Below the pieces are notes generated by a model. The model made no database searches. It saw only the letters and a program-made list of their open reading frames with translations, and was not told where the DNA came from. DNA of 63,535 nt, counting the filler, from Octopus bimaculoides (lineage: Eukaryota): assembly GCF_001194135.2 (NCBI RefSeq). It is 7 parts of 6 records of this genome, joined end to end, with 100 filler letters (N's around TTAATTAATTAA, not from the genome) between each part and the next. Parts side by side here need not be neighbours in the genome. Positions count along the whole stretch, not along the records: positions 17,199 to 35,678 come from NC_068983.1; 6 more parts are not named here. One strand, given 5' to 3'. Positions 21,321 through 33,697 of this stretch are shown one piece after another. How positions within the stretch are numbered: the first letter of the stretch is position 1; each line of letters begins with the position of its first letter. Made by a program: the position numbers and the translations under genes.

Positions 21321-22599
21321 CTCTAGGCATAAAGCCCGAAATTTTTGGGGAGGGGGCCAGTCGATTAGATCGACTCCAGTACACAACTGGTACTTAATTT
21401 ATCTACCCCGAAAGGATGAAAGGCAAAGTCGACCTCGGCAGAATTTCAACTCAGAACGTAAAGACGACGAAATTCCGCTAAGCATTTCGCCCGGCAAGCT
21501 AACGTTTCTTATTTCTTTATTTCCCACAAAGGGCTAAACATAGAGGGGACAAACACGGACAGACAAAGGGATTAAGTCGATTACATCGACACCAGTGCGT
21601 AACTGGTACTTAATTTATCNNNNNNNNNNNNNNNNNNNNNNNNNNNNNNNNNNNNNNNNNNNNNNNNNNNNNNNNNNNNNNNNNNNNNNNNNNNNNNNNN
21701 NNNNNNNNNNNNNNNNNNNNNNNNNNNNNNNNNNNNNNNNNNNNNNNNNNNNNNNNNNNNNNNNNNNNNNNNNNNNNNNNNNNNNNNNNNNNNNNNNNNN
21801 NNNNNNNNNNNNNNNNNNNNNNNNNNNNNNNNNNNNNNNNNNNNNNNNNNNNNNNNNNNNNNNNNNNNNNNNNNNNNNNNNNNNNNNNNNNNNNNNNNNN
21901 NNNNNNNNNNNNNNNNNNNNNNNNNNNNNNNNNNNNNNNNNNNNNNNNNNNNNNNNNNNNNNNNNNNNNNNNNNNNNNNNNNNNNNNNNNNNNNNNNNNN
22001 NNNNNNNNNNNNNNNNNNNNNNNNNNNNNNNNNNNNNNNNNNNNNNNNNNNNNNNNNNNNNNNNNGTTATTTGAACTTGCAGCCACTAAATTCGATATTT
22101 TTATATTTAATTTTTGATTTTAAATTTTGGCACAAGGCCAGCAATTTTTTTGGGGGGATGGGGCAAGTCAATTACATCGATCCTAGTATTCAACTGGTAC
22201 TTATTTTATGGACCCCGAAAGGATGAGAGGCAAAGTCGACCTTGGTGGAATTTGAACTCAGAACGTAGCGGTAGGGAAATACTGCTAGGTATTCGCCCGG
22301 CATGCTAACGATTCTTTTTTACTCTAGGCACACAAGGCCCGAAATTTTGGGAGAGGGGCCAGTCGATTAAATTGACCCCAGTATGCAACTGGTACTTAAT
22401 CTATCGACCCCGAAAGGATGAAAGGCAAAGTTGACCTCGGCGGAATTTGAACTCAGAACGTAGCGGCAGACGAAATACCGCTAAGCATTTCGCCCGGCGT
22501 GCTAACGTTTCTGCCAGCTCGCCGCCCTAGCATTACGGATAATGAAGTCTTCGTTAAATTGTTGCCTGCTAAACTTAATTTCTTTTAAATTTATTTTTT

Positions 22600-22815
22600 T
22601 ATCTTTTACTTGTTTAAGTCATTGGATTGTGGCCTTGCTGGGGCACCACCTAAAAGTTTTTATCGAACAAATCGACCCCACAACATTTTTTTTTCAGTTT
22701 GGTACTGACCCTATTGGTATCTTTTGCCGAACCGTTAAGTTCCGGGAACGTAAACAAAGCAACACCGGTTGTCAAGCGGTGTGTGTGTGCGTTGAACAAA
22801 CACACACACGTACAC
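22600..22815 (-). mobile_element. SINE family B tail
   Basis: TTTTACTTGTTTAAGTCATTGGATTGTGGCCTTGCTGGGGCACC...GCCGAACCGTTAAGTTCCGGGAACGTAAAC. Confidence 0.8.
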
Positions 22816-24088
22816 ACACAATAGTCTGCTTGTTCGTTCGCCCGTTATACTTTAGTTAGTTAGAGAGGTGGAGGTGGAGTAAGTGAAAGGTGGAGTAAAA
22901 GTGGGTCGTTTCTTGCTTATTTCTATCTTGTGTGGAACGCCTGAGATCACTCACTTGCAATGATTTGCTCATAGTATTCTGCATGGAGCAGAGACCAAAT
23001 TGAAAACTAGTCGATGGTAGCATAACAGTGTTCCATTTGTTTTTACTGATGATGATGATGATGATGGTTGCAGTGATGGTGATGTTGGCAGTAGTAATAG
23101 CAGAGGGGATAATAAATGTGCTTGAGGATATCGACCATGATTTTTGGTTGACGACAATGATGAAGCTGATGCTGATAATAATGATGATGACGTCACGAAT
23201 AATGCCGCCAACAGTTGTGATAATGATGATGATGATCATGATGATGATGATGATCATGATGTGTAGAAGCGGGTGGAGGAAAAAGACAAAGAGTATAACA
23301 ACCACAGCAACAACCGTAGCAACAACAACAATAACAATAGTGGCAATAAAGACCACAATTCCTTCGTGTGATAAAAGAGATTAACGGATTTCTGTGGTGA
23401 CATGATGGATTTCCAAGAAGTTGTTTCTGAGCTCGTTCGATAATTATTTGCATTTTTTTTTTTTGTTACGCATACCCCTGCACTTCCTACTTCTCTGATT
23501 ATCGATTTACTAATGCTAGTCAGTGCTGGAATGATCTGTAATCGATTACCAAATCTCCCTTGGCGAAAGATGTATTGATGAGTTACTGAAGAAATCGTAA
23601 GCTCTTGTCGCTTGATAGATTTGTGTTACGGCAATCGACTGTGTCTTTTCAAACGGATTCGCGAGTTTCGTCTGACGGATTAATGGATTTATACAAGGAG
23701 GTGTCTTGTCAGTTAAATGTATATGTATGTGTATTTATATACAAACATACATGCATACATACATATATACACACATACATATGTATGTGAATATATATAT
23801 ATATAAACATACATACATATATATATATAAATATATAAATATAGATATAAACGTATACATATACACACACGCACAGGCACACACACATATATACATACAC
23901 ATACAAGGTAATCTTTTCCTCCTCTTCCCTCTCTCTCTGCTTCTCTTGTTTGTGTGTGTATATATATAAATGTGTGTGTGTGTGCGTGCGTGCGCCTGTG
24001 TGTGAATGTATATTTATGTTTAGCTTAAGTTACATAAGTAAAAATGCATGCTTAAAAATCATATGATCTTGTTCTAGAACATGGAATG

Positions 24089-24134
<46 letters not shown>

Positions 24135-24520
24135 TCCTGCTACCCATTAAGTTATCAGTATTATGGTATGGGCATCGGATTCACTTACTGTGATGCTAAG
24201 AAAAAAGCAGCTCAGAGACATATAACGAAGCGCTTCAAAGTTTATGTTCGGTCATGCCTACTTTGTAAACTCATGTTAGTTTGGAAACTTTACAAATCTT
24301 CTTCATACACCAAAACACCAACGAAATTATTACAAACAATTATAACTGAAGTAGTTACTATAGTATGTGTGTATGCACGTATGCATGTATGAAGGCAAAT
24401 ATATATATATATATGTATGTATGTTTGTATGTATGTGTATATATATATATATATGAATGTATTATGTATGTATGTGTGTGTGTGCATGTGTGTGTTTCTG
24501 TCTGTCCGGCCGGCCGTCTG

Positions 24521-24579
<59 letters not shown>

Positions 24580-24714
24580 GTCTGTCTATCTATTTATTTA
24601 TCTATGTGTGCATGCGTGTATGCCTGTATGTATGAAAATATGAAGTATGTGTGTATATATGTATGTTGGTAGGTAGAAATGTATGTGTATATATGTGTAT
24701 GAGTGTAAGTGCAA

Positions 24715-24845
24715 GTGGGTGCTGAAAAGTTCCCTTCTCAGATTCACACACTTATTGTAGCGGTCCTTCAGTTTTTCTAAGCCCTGTACAAAAACTCGCA
24801 AGTTTGGGTCCTCAAACAAGGACTTTCGCAGTACCCTTAAAACGA
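24715..24845 (+). mobile_element. Internally deleted copy of the mariner MITE
   Basis: GGGTGCTGAAAAGTTCC joined to CTCAGATTCACACACTTATTGTAGCGGTCCTTCAGTTTTTCTAAGCCCTG; matches 31125-31347. Confidence 0.75.
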
Positions 24846-25199
24846 AACCCTATAACACGAGATGTCTTCGAAATATCTTCGGTATCACATTGGAAGGCAT
24901 AGTCCCCATGTCTGACCTCTTTGGCTGAACAGGATCTAAGGCAAATCGATAAACGTTGTCTTGATGGCTTGGTTATTTGCGTCGGTTCTACGGACAGTGT
25001 AGCAATAAAGTTGGCCAAATCGTTTTCAAATCACACCCTACCGTCTAAAAAGTTTCTTTTAGTTTCCGTCTTCCAAATCTACGCTCAGGCAAATTAGTAG
25101 TGAATACAGTCTTTGTACAAATCAAGTATTTTCGAGATATATTTGAACTGCTGTGAGTGATGGGTTAGATAGTTTACAATATTTACGCCTCCTGAAGAT

Positions 25200-25600
25200 G
25201 ACGGGCAAAATGCTCAGTGGCATTTTGTCCGTCTTAATATTCAGAGTTCAAATTCTGCCGAGATCGACTCTGCCTTTCTTTTTTTCAGGGTCGATATGAT
25301 AAGCACCAGTTGGATACTGGGGTCGATCTAATCACTTTAGTCCCTCTCCCGACATTGCTGGTCTTGTGCCAAAATTTGAAACCTCTCCTGAGAGTGGCGA
25401 GCAGAATCATCAGCGTTCCGGCCGATATGCTTAACAGCTTTACGTCCGTTTTTAGACTCTATGTTCAAATTCTGCCGAGGTCGATTTTGCCTTTTATCCT
25501 TTCAGGGGTTGATAAAATAAATTCCAGTTGAGCACTGGGGTCGAACTAATCGACTTATTCCCTCCCCTCAAGATTTCTGGCCTTGTGCTAAAATTTTCAA
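25200..25600 (+). mobile_element. Two tandem family A SINEs
   Basis: Two consecutive GTTCAAATTCTGCCGAG(A/G)TCGA...GGGGTCGA(T/A)CTAATC...CTTGTGC units. Confidence 0.85.
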
Positions 25601-26159
25601 CCAAAATTTATGTCACCTTACCTTTAGGGTTTTAACTGTGCTTCGATTGTCTGTTCCTTCACTTCGATTGTGTGGATTTGTACTTAAGCTAGATATTATT
25701 ATCATTAAATCAATCACAAAATTACACCGGCACTTTATTTTATCAAACGCGAACGAATGAAAGCAGACACTCGCAGAGAATGTAGCCAAAATATGATGTT
25801 ACATTTTGTCCATTGCACGGCGAATGCTGTGCTTGACCGCTTAACAAAATTAATAAAAAATATAAACATGCTAACAAAAAAAAAAATGACAACGACCATT
25901 AAGATTTTCATGAACAGCAATTATGATTCTCATGATGATAATGATGATGATGGTAGTGATGGTGATGGTGTTGGTGGTTGATGGGATGATAACGTGGCCA
26001 AAGCTGCGAAGTCACTGTCGTCTCTTTTCTCGCAAAAGTATAATATATATACGTTGGTGCGATCCCGCACCATCAGTCACTATTAGTAACAATTGAAATT
26101 TTCCTTTTTGGCTTTATATTCGTCTAGCCGCCTTCGTTAATTTTTATCGTTAGTCACTA

Positions 26160-26335
26160 AACCTATTTCTATTTTCTCTCCCTGTTTATTTTTGTGTTCC
26201 TTTCTGTCGAAGAGCGTAGGCTCGAAACGTAAAAGACTTTCTCACTTCCCGAGCGTTAAACTAATACATCTGTTGTTTACACACCCGTCTTCGTCTTTTG
26301 TTTTTTTGTAAATTCTCACTATATATATATATATA
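26160..26335 (+). mobile_element. Short (TA)n-tailed repeat with a hammerhead-like core (copy 2)
   Basis: TTTCTGTCGAAGAGCGTAGGCTCGAAACGTAAAAGACTTTC...GTAAATTCTCAC-TATATA. Confidence 0.7.
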
Positions 26336-27194
26336 AAACATATTTGTGTGTATGTATGTATGTATCTATGAAACGAATTAATGTGACTGTGCATATACAT
26401 ATGTGTGTTCATGTGTGAGTATTAATGAATTTTTGTTTGCACATATGCAAATGTGAATGGGTGCGTGCGTACGTATGCATATAATAGTCTCCAAATCAAT
26501 GTGCGATAATTAATTTCTGTTTATTCGAGTATGCTTGTTTATGTATGTATGCATGTGTTCATGTGTGTTTTTAGATAATTAAATATACATGTGCGTTTGT
26601 GTATATAAATTCCATATAATTATAACAAACTTCCACATACTGAGAGCCATCTCTGTTGTTGATGGACGAACATATATATNNNNNNNNNNNNNNNNNNNNN
26701 NNNNNNNNNNNNNNNNNNNNNNNNNNNNNNNNNNNNNNNNNNNNNNNNNNNNNNNNNNNNNNNNNNNNNNNNNNNNNNNNNNNNNNNNNNNNNNNNNNNN
26801 NNNNATATATATATATATACACATACATACACCCACATACACACATATATACATATTTGCATATATACACGTATGCATGTATGTGTTACCAGTGAGAGAG
26901 CGTATGTGTTTGCAAGAGTGTAATATAATGAACGTGGGTGTATATATGTATATCATGTAATTAATATCAGGCAGACTTCTATATAATGACCAGTCATCGC
27001 GGCATTTTGTGCCTTTTGTTTCCCGAATATTAAAACACGAGTTATTTGTATCACCAGTGGTGATGAACAATAGCTCAGGCTGCTATTTCTTTTCTTTTTC
27101 TTTATTAAAAACAAAATAATGCACAGATATCATCATCGTCATCTTGAATATTACAATTATCATCTCATCATCAAAAACCATAATCGTAGATGAT

Positions 27195-27600
27195 TTGGCC
27201 GAATCGATGGAGCATCAGCCAAAATGCATTGCGGGTTTTTTTTCTGACACTTTTCGTTCTGAGTTCAAGTGCCGCTGAGGTCAGCCTTACATTTGATCCT
27301 TTCGGGGCCGATTAAATAAAGTGCTAGAGAAGTGCTGGGGTCGATATTATCGGCCACCCCACCCTTAAAATTGCTGGCCTTGTGCCTAGACTAGTAGATA
27401 TTATTAAAGGTGTTGAATCGTTAGAGCGTCGGCCAAAGTACCTTGCGGCATTTAGTTATGTCACTTTACTTTCTGAGTTCAAATGTTGTCGAGGTAAACT
27501 TTGCCTTTTATTTTTCCGGATCGACAAACCATATTACCAAATAATTGCTGGTTTCCACATAATCGTCTCCCTACCCTTAAAAAAAATGGTGACCTTGAAC
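27195..27600 (+). mobile_element. Two tandem diverged family A SINEs
   Basis: GAGTTCAAGTGCCGCTGAGGTCAGCC...GGGGTCGATATTATCG and GAGTTCAAATGTTGTCGAGGTAAACTTTGCC. Confidence 0.7.
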
Positions 27601-27981
27601 CTAATTTAGAAATTACTTCTACTACTTTTAATCAGCGATGACAGAATTAGTAGAATGTTGGGTTAAAGTCATTCCAGAGTTGTCTCCCTTTGGCACTGAG
27701 GATAGCCAAAAAGCTAGAAATGCATCCACAGTTCAGTCGAGAGAGTGCACCTTGAAATGGTGATGTTGTTTTTCAACACCAATTGCCTAAAGCAAAAAAT
27801 ATTTTTCACTGTAAATTAGCACTGAATACGGCTTTGTAGAGGTCAAATGTGTCTCAAATATATTTGAAATTATCTAAACGATGGGATAATACCTTACAAT
27901 ATTTATAGCTAAGTTTTTAATCGTGCTTTTCATCTGTCAATCAAGTACTGGGATCGCTTGACAATGGTACAAAAATTATGC

Positions 27982-28166
27982 AATGAAATTCATTAGCTTA
28001 CAGCTGTTTCTTCTATAAGACATAATACACTCATAGTTAAGTGTAATATGTCCTACCTTATATCTTCGTTGGAGCTTCGACGAAGCTACAAGACGATATA
28101 CAAGCAATCAACTATGAGTGCATTGCATCTCGAAGTAGAAAAAGTTGTAAGCTAATGAAGTTCATT
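27982..28166. repeat. Imperfect foldback element (about 57-bp arms, palindromic centre)
   Basis: Arm AATGAAATTCATTAGCTTACAGCTGTTTC...CACTCATAGTT matches the reverse complement of 28110-28166. Centre AGCTTCGACGAAGCT. Confidence 0.75.
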
Positions 28167-28286
28167 AAATAAATTTTCTTCCCTTATATAATATCATATT
28201 ACACTCTGTACATGACTACTGCTTTTCTATGTAGCGTATGAAAAACTCCAGATTATTAATATCGCTATGCCTAAGTAACACAAACA

Positions 28287-28906
28287 CAGTAATACCTCAC
28301 TTTACGAGGACTCGCTTTACGAGGACTCGCTTTACGAGGACTCGCTTTACGAGACCCTGGGTTTACGAGTTTTATTTTTTAGCTCACTTTTGTATGGTAA
28401 GCTGTAATTTTTCAAGCACAGGATCCAAATTTTAAACGAAATGCAAAAGTTTCTACAACAATTCAAAATGGTTCTGCGTGTTGCCTAGAAATTTATGGAG
28501 AGCGAAAAAAAAAAAGCTTTTTCTATGCAAACAACTCTAGACTTGTTTTTTTAAAAAAGAAATCTACAAGTCCGTCTACGAGTGCTAGTGAATCGGTGAT
28601 CGCGTCTACAAGTGGTGTGCGCGCTTCTAGTGTGAGTGAAAGGGATTCAGAAAACAATTTTAATAATAGTATTTTTTATAAATGATCATGACATTCTTTT
28701 GACTTTACATGAAATATTCTATATATTCTACTATTGTTTTATTGCCATTTATTTACGAGTATCATAAATTTTATAAGTAAAATATTTTTCTGAGAACAAA
28801 TTACGATTTATAACATTGCTCTTATGGGAAATTATTGCTCTGTTTTACGAGTTTTAGCTTATGAGCGGTCTCTGGAAACAAATTAACTCGTATATCGAGG
28901 CATATA
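28287..28906 (+). mobile_element. Non-autonomous pogo/Tigger-like DNA transposon
   Basis: Left end CAGTAATACCTCACTTTACGAG with a 15-bp subterminal repeat (TTACGAGGACTCGCT x3). Right end CTTATGGGAAATT...TTAACTCGTATATCGAGGCATA running into a gap. Confidence 0.75.
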
Positions 28907-29089
28907 NNNNNNNNNNNNNNNNNNNNNNNNNNNNNNNNNNNNNNNNNNNNNNNNNNNNNNNNNNNNNNNNNNNNNNNNNNNNNNNNNNNNNNNNNNNNNN
29001 NNNNNNNNNNNNNNNNNNNNNNNNNNNNNNNNNNNNNNNNNNNNNNNNNNNNNNNNNNNNNNNNNNNNNNNNNNNNNNNNNNNNNNNNN

Positions 29090-29150
<61 letters not shown>

Positions 29151-29194
29151 TGCATGTTTGTGTGAGTGCGTATGTATATATGTACGTATACGAC

Positions 29195-29305
29195 TAGCTT
29201 TCAGTTTCTGTCTTTGGTCGGTCCTGAGGTAATGCCACGCCGTGGGACTGAACCAGGAACCATGTAGCTGGAAAGTAAACTTCTTACTACTCAGCCACAC
29301 CTGCA
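29195..29305 (-). mobile_element. SINE family B head
   Basis: GCCACGCCGTGGGACTGAACCAGGAACCATGTAGCTGGAAAGTAAACTTCTTAC. Confidence 0.75.
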
Positions 29306-29683
29306 CCTTTATCTTAAATAATTCAACATGGTCGACTTCAGGAATCGTACGAACCTAATACTGACACACAAAAACATTCGAATAAATTTTCTAATAAAAT
29401 TTGCATCTATACATACATATATGCGTGCGTGCATACACATGCACATGCGCGGGTGCACACACACACACACACATATAAAAGAGAGAGAGAAAGTGAGAGA
29501 AAGTATAACAGAACGCTATAATGAAGTATAAAATAATGAAGGCAAGTATGATAAATAGAGATAACTGAATCTATGAATGATAAACCATCTCATTTACATA
29601 TCAAAGCCAATTACACCTTATTTACTCTTTACGAACAATCATTTCAGAGAGATAGACAGACCAGCAGACAAACAAGCAGGTAA

Positions 29684-29767
<84 letters not shown>

Positions 29768-30090
29768 TGAGAGATCGTTAGATGGAGAGAGGAAGAGAAA
29801 GAGGGAGAGAGATAAAGAAAGAGAGAGGGTGTTTTGTTTTTACTCTAACTAGTTTTGCTGTTCAACATATTCAGAAATGAGTTGTCTTCAACAGAAAATT
29901 CAACAGCGAATTAAGAGTCTTGTTATCCACAACAATAGGTGATTTAAATGAATGCATTTCATTTTATTCGTAAAAAACTTTAACACCATGTAAGCAGCAT
30001 CTTATTATTGTTATTACTTTTTATTTATCTTTTGCGGTGTTGTGGACACGTTTTCTTTTATTCTATGCATGTGTTGCTTTTCTTTATCTG

Positions 30091-30174
<84 letters not shown>

Positions 30175-31124
30175 TATTATTATTTTAAATATTTGATTTG
30201 TGAATTTATCTTCGATCGACTTTTATTATTGAACGGTTAGAAACGATGTGTTCTGCTCATTTTATCAATCACGAAATAACCTTAATTGGGTAGGTTATAT
30301 TGGTTGAAACAAAATGAAAAATATAAAAATAGGAAGAAAAAAAAAAGTCTTATATCAAAAACTTAGCAAATAAACAAATCTCCATCTTTAGGGAACGCAG
30401 AGAGAGAACGATGAGGAAATTGAACGAAGGAGGAAAGATGAAGAAAAAAGTAATAAAGAAAGACTAAAACAATAAAATAACCATAATGAGCATGGTGGTG
30501 GTGGTGGTGGTGAGTATGAAGATGGTGATGGTGGAGGTGATGATGACGGAGGTGTTGATAGGTTGGTGGTGGCGGTAGTGAGATGTAAAGTGATAATGGT
30601 GATATATTAAGCAACCGAGGAAGTGTGGTTTGTGTGTGTTTGCGGGTGTATGTGTGCATCTGTATGTAATTAAGACGTTAGAAATGGATAATGAAAGATA
30701 CTAGGAATAAAAGATGAGAAACACATGAAGAAATAAGAAGACAACAAAAGAGAAAAAAAAATAAGAAGGAAGAGCTTTAATCAAAATTCAAATAAAAAGG
30801 TACATTTTAAAATATTCCTCAAGGAACGAATTTAAATATATTGACGAGGAATTTTAAGTAACGTGCAGCCTGAAGATACAACCAAAAGTATTCGATCAGA
30901 TAAGGTCTAACAAATCTGCTATAATGAACACTAATTATACGGGAAGATAATCCCATTTCTCTTATAGCTACAGGTGTGTAACTTAGGTAGCCGAGATTCC
31001 TAAGGAGATCTGTTGAGTGTCTTTGATGTAGTTATATAGGTGAAAGCTACCAGAATCTAAGGACTCTTATCTTTCTCCTTCCTATCTCTCAAATCCTCTC
31101 TTTCTCTTTCTCTCTATGTATTTA

Positions 31125-31347
31125 CACGAGGGGTGGTGGTGCTGAAAAAATCCTAGCTTTGGGTAAAAGAAAATACAGAAGGATCAGTTAATTATGATTT
31201 TATTCAACATATTCTCCTCTCAGATTCACACTCTTATTGCAACGGTCCTTCAGTTTTTCTAAGCCCTGCAAAAGAACTCGGAACTCTGGGCCTCTAACCA
31301 GGCCTTTCGCGACACCCTTAAAGCAAGGAACTTTTCAGCACCCCTCG
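31125..31347 (+). mobile_element. Mariner-derived MITE with both TIRs and TA flanks
   Basis: TA-CACGAGGGG...GTGCTGAAAAAATCCTAGCTTT and AAAGCAAGGAACTTTTCAGCACCCCTCG-TA. Confidence 0.88.
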
Positions 31348-31567
31348 TATACATACACACACCCATGCATGTGCACACACACACACACNNNNNNNNNNNN
31401 NNNNNNNNNNNNNNNNNNNNNNNNNNNNNNNNNNNNNNNNNNNNNNNNNNNNNNNNNNNNNNNNNNNNNNNNNNNNNNNNNNNNNNNNNNNNNNNNNNNN
31501 NNNNNNNNNNNNNNNNNNNNNNNNNNNNNNNNNNNNNNNNNNNNNNNNNNNNNNNNNNNNNNNNNNN

Positions 31568-31602
<35 letters not shown>

Positions 31603-32081
31603 CACACACGCTAATATCAAACGTTAGGAGTGAGTGCTCAACAGTGCATTGGTGGATAAATATTTTTTTATTTGTGGACTACCATTGGTTTCATGTTAAG
31701 ACATATCCCAACAGTGTCTTGCTCAAAGATAGAATGTGACATCCGATCCTAGAATCAAGCTACACCTTTACCACTTGGCCATGTGTTTTTCACTTCTTGT
31801 TACAATTTATTTTGTTAAGTGATTGCATACCATTATTTTGCTTTTATCTTTTACTTGTTTCAGTGACAGGACCGCGACCCAGCCGGGGCACTGCCCGTAA
31901 GAGTTTTAGTCGAGCGATGGGTGGCGAACAAACACTGACGTTAGGACATATATATACTTACTTAGAAATGGATGCGTCGTGTTCAATTAAATAATAAATA
32001 GTAAATAATATACATATATATATGATGAGAGTAAACAAAGTTTGCTTTAGAAGCGTTGAAATGTATTGAAAGATACAAAAA

Positions 32082-32450
32082 TAATCTATTCTCAAATGCG
32101 TGATAATGCTAACAAAATAGCGTGAACAGGATAAATTATCCATTTATTGCAGAAAAATACGTTACCGGCCAGTCATGAGACTCGAACTCACATCCTTGGG
32201 ATTACGTGTCAAGTGCTTTACGATTAAACTAAATTTATAAATTTGTAAAGCTAAATTTATAAATTCTAAAAATTGCAGAAGAATTCGTTATTGGGCAGTT
32301 TAGTTTAATGGTAAACCATTTGATGCGTAATCACAAGGATGTGAGTTCGAGTCTCATGGCTGGCCGGTAACGTATTTTTCTGCAATATATGGATAACATA
32401 TCCTGCCCACGCTATTTTATTAGCATTTTCACGCGTTTGAGAATAAATTA
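32082..32450. mobile_element. Foldback element with about 155-bp inverted arms, each containing a tRNA-like unit
   Basis: Left arm 32082-32240 is the reverse complement of right arm 32297-32450. The right arm carries A box TAGTTTAATGGT and B box GAGTTCGAGTC. AT-rich spacer. Confidence 0.85.
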
Positions 32451-33089
32451 ACCAACTGTATATATGTATATATATACAAGCATATATGGATACAGGACAT
32501 GACTAACAGTGCAAGTAACATGAAATATGTAGACGAACGAGTTAAATACCTAAACAACGAGAGAAAAAATGGAAAAAGGACGAGTAAACATAGAAAAAGG
32601 ACCTTTCGTCGGTTGGCTATCTACTCCTTCGGCTGACAACTGATGAAGGGTCGTTCTTTTTCTACTCATCATTTCGAGCATTCAACGACAATATGAGTCT
32701 TTAAAGACAGTTGCTCCCATAAATTCTAAAATAAAATTTAGGATTTATGGAGGGTCAAAGTTAGGAACAAAAACATGACAGTGGAGACATAGAAGGAAAC
32801 CGAACGAAAACAAACATGGAGGGTTGTTAGACCAGAACGAGAGGAAAATAGTGAACGCTGTGAGAAACATTTTTTTGAAAAGAGATTAGATAGAAGAGAG
32901 ATAGAAAAAAAAACACGTCCGCTCTTTTGAACGTCTGTGCAGGAAAAGAAAGATGGATGATAGTCACGTGTGAGCAACGAGAGAGAGATGGAGAGAAAGG
33001 GAAAGAGAGGGAGAGAAAGGGAAAGAGGGGGAGAGAGACAGATAGAGAACGGTGAAGGAGGGAGGGGGAGTAAAAGGGAATTATATACA

Positions 33090-33697
33090 TGTGTGTGTGT
33101 GTGTGTGTTGGAATTCCACAGTTTCCGTTTACCAAATTCACCGATGAGGCTTGGTAAAAGATACTTGCTCAAGGTGTCGTGTAGTGTGATCGAACCCGAA
33201 CTTGTTTGCAAAGCGTGATTCTTAACCACACAACCACTATAAAGTTATAAAAAACCCAAGTCATCTCTAACTTGGTAATGAACATAGACGCAGACGTGGT
33301 CGAGTGGTTAAGAAGTTTGCTTACAAAGCACATTGTTTCGGGTTCAGCCTCGCTGCATGACAATTTGGGTACTATAGTCTCGGGCTAACCAAAGGCTTGT
33401 GAGTGGATTTGATAGATGGAAACTAACAGACGCTCGTCATACATGTATGTTTCTGTGTGTGTGTGTGCGTGTGCGCGCACCCATTTGTGTCTTTGTTTTT
33501 GTCGCCCACTACTGCTTGACAACTGGTGCAAGTTTGTTTACGTCTCTTAGCTGTTTGGCAAAAGTCACCGATACATATATATCTACCAGACTTTTAAAAA
33601 AAATAAGCGATGGGGTCGATTTTTTTCGACTGAATCCTTCAAGGCGGTGTCCCAGTATGGGCACAGACCAATAACTGAAGCAAGTAAAAGATAAAAG
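33090..33697. mobile_element. Divergent pair of family B SINEs: head (-, 33090-33237) and full copy (+, 33289-33697)
   Basis: GCAGACGTGGTCGAGTGGTTAAGAAGTTTGC...GGGTTCAGCC, (GT)n, tail GGGGTCGATTTTTTTCGACTGAATCCTTCAAGGCGGTGTCCCAGTATGG. Confidence 0.8.

Larger units (their letters stand above)
20450..22528 (-). mobile_element. Cluster of six co-oriented family A SINEs (20450-20678, 20695-20905, 21320-21508, 21509-21619, 22115-22315, 22316-22528)
   Basis: Repeated AAAGGCAAAGTCGACCTCGGCGGAATTTGAACTCAGAACGTA...GCTAACG blocks. GTACATAATG flanks the second copy on both sides. Confidence 0.9.

Noticed and set aside
22856-23453. His/Met/Ile-rich overlapping ORFs; similar ones at 30363-30659, 58146-58466 and 60728-60970
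   Set aside because: Decayed GAT/CAA/GGT trinucleotide tracts; no domain or splice support.
28301-28352. 15-bp unit repeated three times, superficially CRISPR-like
   Set aside because: No spacers, eukaryotic context; it is the subterminal repeat of a pogo-like element.
32293-32365. tRNA-Thr(CGT)-like cloverleaf, and the other tRNA-like SINE heads, as real tRNA genes
   Set aside because: Acceptor and anticodon stems are imperfect, there is no T-run terminator, and each is attached to a repeat body.
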